Shown: positions 1 to 5,368 of the stretch, piece by piece
Numbering within the stretch: the stretch's first letter is position 1
Layout of the letters: the number at the start of each line of letters is the position of its first letter
Assembly: GCA_016933055.1 (NCBI GenBank)
Contig: JAFGBS010000035.1
Coordinates: 1-5,423, forward strand
Length of the DNA: 5,423 bases
Reading direction: 5' to 3'
From: Promethearchaeota archaeon
GTDB lineage: Archaea; Asgardarchaeota; Lokiarchaeia; Sigyniarchaeales; Promethearchaeaceae
The notes under the pieces: generated by a model
Seen by the model: the letters and a program-made list of their open reading frames with translations, nothing else
Database searches by the model: none
What the model was told of the DNA's origin: nothing
Made by a program: the position numbers and the translations under genes

Positions 1-187
1 CTAATGATGAAGCACACATGAAGAGCATTTTTACATCTCACTTTTATTCTTTCTAAGTCACAAAAATTGCATATAATAAAAACAAGAATTTGATACACTG
101 GGGTAATATAAATCCTAAAAAGAAGTTTTAATCATAATATCAATAGTATTATTCATAATTATTCATTTTCAACCGAAGGTGAGAGAG

Positions 188-1039
188 ATGTTATATCGCA
201 AACAAAGATTGTTGTTAGGACTCATAAATTTCCTTAACGAACAAGAACGGTTGGATAGGCTAACCTTGATGAAATCGATGTTTCTGATTTCCCAAGAAAT
301 ACCTATTAAGTTTGCGAAATATCATTTTCATCCCTATAAATTTGGTCCATATTCAGCAAAGCTATATCAAGATCTTGCGTATATGGAAAAAAATAGTCTA
401 ATAACGACTCCAGATCCTAAAACTGTAAACTTAACAAATTCAGGTCTGAAGGAAATGGAATTTCCTAAAGAGGTCAAGAACTACGTTATGAATGTACTGA
501 GGACCCAAAATACAGTAGAAGAGCTTATTGATTTTATATATTGTAAATATCCCGAATTTTCTTGCATATCCGAGCGAAAAAATATACCCATTCCTCACAA
601 AAGAGATGATAAACCTGGTTTTTTCTTAATAGGATATGAAGGTAGAGATATTGATGAATTTTTGAACGTATTAATTCAAAATAACATAGAAATATTAGTG
701 GATATTCGCGCAAATCCATATTCTATGAAATATAATTTCATTGGTAGCCGTCTTAAAAATTTCCTTGAAAAAGTCGGAATACGATACATATCTATCCCTG
801 AATTAGGGATTGAGTCCGAAAAAAGGAAGAATCTTGATTTAATATCTGATTATCTTGTATTATTTAAACAATACAGGAAAAATTTGGAGAATAAAACAGA
901 ATTTCTCAATAAAGTCATTAGATTAGGAAAAGATCATAGAATTGCGCTCATGTGCTTTGAAAAAGATCCTAATTTTTGTCACAGAGGGCAAGTTGGGGAA
1001 GTTTTACAGGAAAAACACCATCAAGTGGTATCAATCTAA
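188..1039 (+). CDS. Winged-helix (YwgA/SocA-Panacea/DarG C-terminal-like) + DUF488 fusion protein, 283 aa
   Basis: N-terminal ~120 aa: RLLLGL..LTLMKSMFL..YHFHPYKFGPYSAKLYQDL..LI..VNLTNSG matches the 'KL.FL..YGPYS..L..DL' wHTH pattern. C-terminal: IGYEGRDIDEF, LVDIRANPYS, GIRYISIPELG and LMCFEKDPNFCHR (C256, E258, C264, H265, R266) are DUF488 hallmarks. Start moved from GTG179 to ATG188 because a GGTGA RBS-like motif (178-182) lies 5 nt upstream. Confidence 0.85.
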   Translation: MLYRKQRLLLGLINFLNEQERLDRLTLMKSMFLISQEIPIKFAKYHFHPYKFGPYSAKLYQDLAYMEKNSLITTPDPKTVNLTNSGLKEMEFPKEVKNYVMNVLRTQNTVEELIDFIYCKYPEFSCISERKNIPIPHKRDDKPGFFLIGYEGRDIDEFLNVLIQNNIEILVDIRANPYSMKYNFIGSRLKNFLEKVGIRYISIPELGIESEKRKNLDLISDYLVLFKQYRKNLENKTEFLNKVIRLGKDHRIALMCFEKDPNFCHRGQVGEVLQEKHHQVVSI

Positions 1040-1845
1040 TGCCGATTAAGAGGATTTATCTATTAGTTAAAGCATATCCAGAAAAAAGTAAAAAGCATGG
1101 GTCCTCCATTTGTACGGCTGGATTAACTACTGAAGGAGAATGGATTCGAGTTTATCCTATCGATTTAAGTTACTATTCCATCAATAAAGACATGTTAAAG
1201 AAATGGAACTTAATTGAAGCTGATGTTCGGGAAGCAAGCGAGAAATTAAAGAGAAAGGAAAGTCACAAAATAATTGAACACTCAATAAAGCTCGTTGATG
1301 ACTCACTTACGAAAATAAGTACATCTAAGCTAAAAAAACAAAAAATATGGGATGATCGCAACCAAATCATACTTCCTCATTTAAATAAATCGATTAAAGA
1401 ACTTGATGAACTTAAATCTAAAGATCATACATCCTTGGGAATTATAAAGCCCAAAAAGTATCAATTCAAGATACGAAAGAAAATTGATGAAATAGAAGTA
1501 ATCAAGTCTAATTTTATTCAAAAAACACTAGATGGATATAAAGTAAATATCCCGGACCAAATTGAGAAAACTTTCTCCTATAAATTCCGCTGTGATGATC
1601 CCCTTTGTAAAGGACACGACATGATCTGTGAGGATTGGGAACTTTTTGAAGCATTTCGAAGTTGGAAGAAGAAATACACAAGTCCGACTGAATTGGAAAA
1701 AAAGTTAAGGGAAAAATTTGATACTAATATGAAAAAGAGAGATCTATATTTCATTGTAGGAACAACATCCCTATTTGGAACATGGGTAATTATAGGTTTA
1801 TACTATCCTCCAAAAAGTAAAAATAAGTTATTATTAGAATTTTAA
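1039..1845 (+). CDS. Conserved uncharacterised DUF488-associated protein, 268 aa (dual-OB-like N-terminus, Cys/His cluster)
   Basis: ATG1039 overlaps the upstream stop (TAATG, 1037-1041), so the track's start at 976 is likely spurious. Motifs: LVKAYP..S.K.G..ICTAG..GEWIRVYP, C185-x4-C190-x2-H193-x3-C197-EDWE, LYFIVGT..WVIIGLYYPP. The CTAG..GEWIR.P segment resembles the 'C.AG..G.WIRP' motif I recall from DUF488-linked dual-OB proteins. Function unknown. Confidence 0.75.
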   Translation: MPIKRIYLLVKAYPEKSKKHGSSICTAGLTTEGEWIRVYPIDLSYYSINKDMLKKWNLIEADVREASEKLKRKESHKIIEHSIKLVDDSLTKISTSKLKKQKIWDDRNQIILPHLNKSIKELDELKSKDHTSLGIIKPKKYQFKIRKKIDEIEVIKSNFIQKTLDGYKVNIPDQIEKTFSYKFRCDDPLCKGHDMICEDWELFEAFRSWKKKYTSPTELEKKLREKFDTNMKKRDLYFIVGTTSLFGTWVIIGLYYPPKSKNKLLLEF

Positions 1846-1981
1846 GTGTCTGTAATCAACTTTTAACAATAGATCCCACAACACGAATTTAGACTAGATA
1901 TAATCCAGTGTAAGTATTCTATTCTTGCTATTCTATTGGGAAAAATAAATAAATTTCTCTTAGACCTCCAAATTTCTCTTC

Positions 1982-2449
1982 TTATTTCTTTGAGATGTCA
2001 GACAAGGTTTTCACAACAAAAATCGGATTCTCCTTTGAAATGACATCTTTCCAGTGTTCCTCGATATTTTCTTTCAAATTATAATCCATCGTTATAAAAA
2101 TTTCACTGGATTTAACAGCGGAGGCTAAAATTATACAATCTATATAATCTTGATGTGTTTTTCGGAATTCTTGTGCCAGAATTAAAATTTCGGGATGATA
2201 AATAGGAATTTTTGCAATTTTGTTAAAATTATGAATAAAACTAATACCATCCAGTAAATCTTCCATTTCTAATATTCCTTGGACAATATATTTCGATCCT
2301 TTTGCAGAAAGTTCGAAATATACGAGTTCTGAGCATAATATATCGTAGTTAGTATTCCTAAGCAAATTTCCTATGTCTTTTTTGGATATGTTTTTTACAT
2401 CCACTCGTATAAATGGAAAAAAAAACGAACTATCGAGAAAAACCTTCAT
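1982..2449 (-). CDS. vapC: PIN-domain ribonuclease toxin (VapC family), 155 aa
   Basis: VFLDSS (D6), FE (E46), DYIDCIILASA (D104) and FITMD (D122) supply the four PIN acidic residues. 4-bp ATGA overlap with the upstream AbrB-type gene. Confidence 0.9.
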   Translation of the reverse strand: MKVFLDSSFFFPFIRVDVKNISKKDIGNLLRNTNYDILCSELVYFELSAKGSKYIVQGILEMEDLLDGISFIHNFNKIAKIPIYHPEILILAQEFRKTHQDYIDCIILASAVKSSEIFITMDYNLKENIEEHWKDVISKENPIFVVKTLSDISKK

Positions 2450-2682
2450 CTATTAGTAATTTCCTCCGATAATTCCTTTCGGTCCCCTTTAATTTCATCA
2501 AATGAAATTTCAATTTTAGACGATTTTGATAGGATTTCTTCTAATTCAATATATTTTTCCACTATTAGTCTACCATTTAATACCTGATAAATGATCTTTT
2601 GCCCTTTCTTTAGTCCCATTTGTTCTCTTATCGATTTTGGGGGAAACAATTCACCTTTCGATCCAACTATTCCAGTAATCAT
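2446..2682 (-). CDS. vapB: AbrB/MazE/SpoVT-family antitoxin (VapB-type), 78 aa
   Basis: VGSKGELFPPKSIREQMGLKKGQKI..V.NGRLIVEK fits the swapped-hairpin AbrB motif; acidic C-terminal tail; directly upstream of and overlapping the PIN gene. Confidence 0.9.
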   Translation of the reverse strand: MITGIVGSKGELFPPKSIREQMGLKKGQKIIYQVLNGRLIVEKYIELEEILSKSSKIEISFDEIKGDRKELSEEITNR

Positions 2683-2718
2683 ATCTACCAGAAGAAATTA
2701 CGTTTTTTCTGGTATATA
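2682..2718. promoter_or_regulatory. Inverted repeat, putative VapBC operator
   Basis: TACCAGAAGAAA (2686-2697) / TTTTTTCTGGTA (2703-2714): 11 of 12 positions pair, outer 8 bp perfect; it extends with one mismatch to 2682/2718. It abuts the vapB start codon and overlaps the TATA-like box. Confidence 0.7.
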
Positions 2719-2720
2719 AA
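2713..2720 (-). promoter_or_regulatory. Archaeal-type TATA box for vapBC (TTTATATA on minus strand)
   Basis: Consensus-like TTTATATA 31-38 nt upstream of the vapB ATG; no obvious RBS, consistent with a short or absent leader. No clear BRE. Confidence 0.5.
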
Positions 2721-2780
2721 CCTATGGAGTGAAAAAAAATGTTGTCTTAAAATGCAAATTTCTCTGGATACTATCGTGAA

Positions 2781-2788
2781 TTATATAA
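2781..2788 (+). promoter_or_regulatory. Archaeal-type TATA box (TTATATAA) for the 2816-3441 operon
   Basis: Preceded by purine-rich GTGAA and 28-35 nt upstream of ATG2816. A homologous box (TTTTATAA, 3788-3795) is retained in the duplicated copy. Confidence 0.55.
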
Positions 2789-2815
2789 TCTTGGAATGCA
2801 TATCTAATTATGAGT

Positions 2816-3055
2816 ATGACACAAGTTTCTATCGATAAAGATCTTGCCATAGATTTAATCGAAACTAAATTGAGAGAGATTAAGTCTCAAATTGCAGAAA
2901 TTTTGAAGAAATGGGATCAAGATTCAGTTACTACTATGATTCGACTATCAAGAGAGGGTAAACTCCCAGAATCAGAAATGGATGCAATAAGCCTTACTAA
3001 TTTGAACGATAAGATGGTCGAATTAGAAAGTCTTGCACAAGATCTGGAGGAATAA
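2816..3055 (+). CDS. Small helical protein, putative antitoxin of the downstream DUF6516/TumE-like toxin, 79 aa (81 aa if ATG2810 is used)
   Basis: Upstream gene of a coupled two-gene unit. KKWDQDSVTTMIRLSREGKLPESEMD resembles the small 'KY.M...EF......G.L.E' proteins I associate with DUF6516 genes (weak, from memory). Only the second ATG (2816) is conserved in the paralogous fragment at 3822. Confidence 0.6.
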   Translation: MTQVSIDKDLAIDLIETKLREIKSQIAEILKKWDQDSVTTMIRLSREGKLPESEMDAISLTNLNDKMVELESLAQDLEE

Positions 3056-3441
3056 CTATTTTTGCAACTGAAAAGATTGAAATCGCAAGAGAAATCATAT
3101 TATCCTCGCTTTCAAACGAAATTCTTGGTCATATTTATCTTAAAGAACAAAACCAATTAAGATTTGATTTCAGAAATGGTAATCGGTTATATCTAATCTA
3201 TGACAATTTCGATGAATATGCTTATCAGCTCTGTTTTTCATTTGATCCCATGGATCGTATTAGATTTGATGCGATGGATAAAAATTGGAGTGTGAAAAAC
3301 TCTCCACATCACTTTCATCCTCGATTTGAATTAGAAGGATATTTCAGTCCTATGACAGGAGATCCTAAAGTAGATATCCCAAAATTAGTTGAATTCATTA
3401 AATCACATATTCTAGAAGATTCTAAACACCGATTCCATTAA
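3052..3441 (+). CDS. DUF6516/TumE-like toxin, ~129 aa, lacking a canonical start codon (possibly silenced)
   Basis: The frame of the track's 63-aa ORF is open back to 3013 (ITIFATEKIEIAREII..LYLIYDNFDEYAYQLCFSFDPMDRIRFDAMDKNWSVKNSPHHFHP). The Y.YQ..RIRFD..PHH.H pattern is DUF6516-like. The only plausible starts near the upstream stop are ATA3052 (ATAA overlap) or ATT3058 (7 nt after GGAGG at 3046-3050). Confidence 0.65.
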   Translation: MTIFATEKIEIAREIILSSLSNEILGHIYLKEQNQLRFDFRNGNRLYLIYDNFDEYAYQLCFSFDPMDRIRFDAMDKNWSVKNSPHHFHPRFELEGYFSPMTGDPKVDIPKLVEFIKSHILEDSKHRFH

Positions 3442-3547
3442 TGAACTAATGAAGGACGAATATCAATACATTTTTTGGTCGACAAATGGTCAACCTAGAA
3501 GTCTAAACCTGATACACTGCATTATGAGAGAAGAAGTCAGTCTTTCG

Positions 3548-3624
3548 GGTATACCGTAAAGATTTTACAATTTTCTCGCGGTACACCGTAAACTTTGTAG
3601 CAAATCCTTCGGTTATATCGCGAA
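3548..3624. repeat. Two to three degenerate ~32-bp-period direct repeats with a palindromic core
   Basis: GGTATACCGTAAA (3548-3560) and GGTACACCGTAAA (3580-3592) match at 12/13 nt; weaker third copy GGTTATATCGCGAA (3611-3624). Confidence 0.45.
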
Positions 3625-3787
3625 CCTTTAAATATAGATTATGTTAAAAATATTTGAATTGTACATTCGAGCAGAAATTGATTTACTCTACACTTTTATG
3701 TATGCGCATCATGAATTTCTTATCAATATTCTTCCTCTATTCACCAGATTTTACTTTTAAATGCAGTTTTCCATTTAGTATAGCGAG

Positions 3788-3923
3788 TTTTATAATTTTG
3801 AATGATTATCTAATTATAAACATGCCAAAAGTTTCTATCGATAAACATCTTGCCATAGATTTAATCGATACAAAATTGAGAGAGATTAAATCATTTGGGC
3901 ACTTTCCAGTAAGGAACATCTAA
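3788..3923 (+). pseudogene. 5' remnant (promoter + first 24 codons) of a paralog of the 2816-3055 gene
   Basis: 3822-3893 matches 2816-2887 at 65/72 nt (MPKVSIDKHLAIDLIDTKLREIKS vs MTQVSIDKDLAIDLIETKLREIKS). Upstream 3788-3821 aligns to 2781-2815. Similarity stops abruptly at 3894 and the frame ends at 3923 (33 aa). Confidence 0.85.
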
Positions 3924-3947
3924 AAATCCTTTCAAACATAACAGAAT

Positions 3948-3953
3948 AGGAGG
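3948..3953 (+). promoter_or_regulatory. Shine-Dalgarno site AGGAGG
   Basis: Located 7 nt before ATG3961. Confidence 0.75.
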
Positions 3954-3960
3954 AAAAATT

Positions 3961-4293
3961 ATGAGTGATGTAATATCGACTCGTTTAAAGAAAGAGGAAA
4001 TTGATGAATTAAATGAAATCAGTGCAAAAGAACATTTAGATCGGTCTGCATTGATGCGAAAATTCCTGCTTCAACAAATTAAGGAGTATAGTTTAAGAAA
4101 AGTTTCGGAGAAGTATCGTAAAGGAATAATTAGTCTAGCTGAAGCCGCAACCCTGGTGAAAGTAACGATTTACGATATGATGGAGTACTGTAAAAGAGAG
4201 CAAATTCGCCCTATTGAACCAGATTCATCCGAACTAGCAAAAGATAGAACAAATGCTGAAGATATCTTTCGCAAATTGAAGGAGGAGAAATAA
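3961..4293 (+). CDS. UPF0175-family protein (RHH-like N-terminus + HTH), putative orphan antitoxin, 110 aa
   Basis: VISTRL..EE..EL..I...EHLDRSALMRKFL (ribbon-helix-helix-like) followed by YRKGIISLAEAATLVKVTIYDMMEY (UPF0175 'Y..G.ISL..AA..A......F' pattern). Strong RBS. Confidence 0.85.
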   Translation: MSDVISTRLKKEEIDELNEISAKEHLDRSALMRKFLLQQIKEYSLRKVSEKYRKGIISLAEAATLVKVTIYDMMEYCKREQIRPIEPDSSELAKDRTNAEDIFRKLKEEK

Positions 4294-4300
4294 AATTAAG

Positions 4301-4360
4301 AAAGAGATACGAATGCCCCAAATAGCGGAATCTTATCGGAATGGTACTCTATCACTGCAA
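4301..4360 (+). repeat. 60-bp direct repeat, copy 1 (UPF0175 gene fragment)
   Basis: 55/60 nt identical to 5168-5227, with a perfect 36-nt core (4321-4356 = 5188-5223). Translates KEIRMPQIAESYRNGTLSLQ vs KEMRMTRIAESYRNGTLSLQ. Confidence 0.9.
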
Positions 4361-4469
4361 TTTTCCATCTTTCCGGAACTCGCACTCTTTTATATTAATT
4401 TGCTTTTTACTCATAGTCATTTAAATGCCGAATATTTATTATTCCAAGATGCATAATTCCTTTAGAGAG

Positions 4470-4772
4470 ATGCAATCACCAGTATTAACTCCTAAAAATA
4501 TCGAATTGCTCAAAGAAAAGGCAAAAGAGTATAAAATGAAGCTCCTAGCCATTTTTGGGTCCTATGCTCGTGAAGAACAAAAAGAAGAAAGCGATTTAGA
4601 TATTTTGGTCGATTTTGAAGAATCGCCTAGTTTACTCTCATTTATTCGTATGGAAAATGAGTTATCTGACCTTCTGGGAGTTAAAGTCGATTTAGTTACA
4701 AAAAATTCTCTTCATCCAATTTTACGGAAAACCGTTCTAAAAGAAATGAGGATTGTGTATGGTGAAGTCTGA
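4470..4772 (+). CDS. mntA: Minimal nucleotidyltransferase (MNT) antitoxin, ~100 aa
   Basis: AIFGSYAREEQKEESDLDILVDF carries G-S-x10-D-x-D; also LSDLLGVKVDLVT. The start is uncertain: ATG4470 gives a typical family length, ATG4425 is the alternative. Confidence 0.9.
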   Translation: MQSPVLTPKNIELLKEKAKEYKMKLLAIFGSYAREEQKEESDLDILVDFEESPSLLSFIRMENELSDLLGVKVDLVTKNSLHPILRKTVLKEMRIVYGEV

Positions 4773-5118
4773 CCAATTCTACCTATATCATATACAATGA
4801 TCTCTGGAGAAAATTGATTCCTACATTAAGGATGTAGATTATGATAAATTTGTCAATACATCTCTAATACATGATGCAGTCTTAAGGCAGTTGGGTATCA
4901 TAGGAGAAGCATCTAAGCAGTTATCCTCAGATTTTAAGAACGAACATTCTCGAATTTTATGGAAAGAAATTGCGGGAATGCGGGATAAAATAATTCACCA
5001 ATATTTTGGAGTGGATTTCGAATTGGTATGGAAAACACTGAAAGAAGATCTTCCCATACTTCAGGAGTTTGTAAAAGAAATCAATCCAAAAATGGAAGAT
5101 GAGGATTATCATGAGTAA
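4759..5118 (+). pseudogene. hepT: HEPN (DUF86/HepT) RNase toxin with in-frame TGA at codon 14
   Basis: ATG4759 overlaps the mntA end and reads MVKSDQFYLYHIQ*SLEKIDSYIKDVDYDKFVNTSLIHDAVLRQLGIIGEASKQL..WKEIAGMRDKIIHQYFGVD; TGA at 4798-4800. The R-x4-H-x-Y motif is intact. The track's TTG4891 ORF is only the C-terminal part. Confidence 0.85.
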
Positions 5119-5368
5119 AAAATACTTTGCTCAATTAAAGAAAGAAGAAATGAACTCTGAAAAAGTAAAAGAAATGCGAATGACCCGAATAGCGGAATCT
5201 TATCGGAATGGTACTCTATCACTACAAGAAGCAGCAACAGCCGCAAAAGTATCAATATATGAAATGATGGAATTTACTGAAAAGCATCAAATTTATCCAA
5301 AGGAACTTTCTGATCAAGAGATGGAAGAGCATTTTAAGTATGCGAAAAAAATACTAAGAAAAGATTGA
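5111..5368 (+). CDS. Second UPF0175-family protein, internally shortened, 85 aa
   Basis: GAGGA (5101-5105) lies 5 nt before ATG5111, which overlaps the hepT stop. YRNGTLSLQEAATAAKVSIYEMMEF motif; 22/45 identical to the HTH region of 3961-4293; shares LKKEE at residues 9-13 but is 21 aa shorter between LKKEE and the HTH. Confidence 0.75.
   Translation: MSKKYFAQLKKEEMNSEKVKEMRMTRIAESYRNGTLSLQEAATAAKVSIYEMMEFTEKHQIYPKELSDQEMEEHFKYAKKILRKD
5168..5227 (+). repeat. 60-bp direct repeat, copy 2 (within the second UPF0175 gene)
   Basis: Matches 4301-4360 at 55/60 nt; the copies are 867 bp apart. Confidence 0.9.

Noticed and set aside
1-28. Possible minus-strand gene start (MLFMCASSL) at the window edge
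   Set aside because: Too little sequence to evaluate.
534-719. 61-aa minus-strand ORF
   Set aside because: Antisense shadow inside the well-supported DUF488 fusion; no recognisable motif.
976-1038. 21-aa N-terminal extension of ORF2 in the track
   Set aside because: Overlaps the DUF488 catalytic region in another frame; the TAATG coupling at 1039 is a better start.
1915-1980. Short direct repeats TATTCTATT x2 and AAATTTCTCTT x2 between the convergent genes
   Set aside because: Low complexity in AT-rich DNA; may contribute to U-rich termination but cannot be supported.
2620-2838. 72-aa plus-strand ORF
   Set aside because: Overlaps vapB antisense, the promoter region and the next gene's start; no motif.
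3449-3559. 36-aa ORF MKDEYQYIFW...
   Set aside because: Short, with no recognisable family or strong RBS.
3548-3624. Possible mini-CRISPR array
   Set aside because: Repeat units are only 13 nt with about 19-nt gaps, degenerate, at most three copies, and no cas genes are present.
3654-3821. Hydrophobic N-terminal part of the 89-aa track ORF
   Set aside because: TTG start through AT-rich intergenic and promoter sequence; only the part from ATG3822 has homology.
4301-4356. 36-nt perfect repeat as a CRISPR repeat
   Set aside because: Only two copies 867 bp apart, and the sequence is UPF0175 coding sequence.
4798-4800. Selenocysteine or alternative-genetic-code reading of the hepT TGA
   Set aside because: The position aligns with a non-Cys (usually acidic) residue, no SECIS-like hairpin was recognised, and TGA is a normal stop in neighbouring genes.
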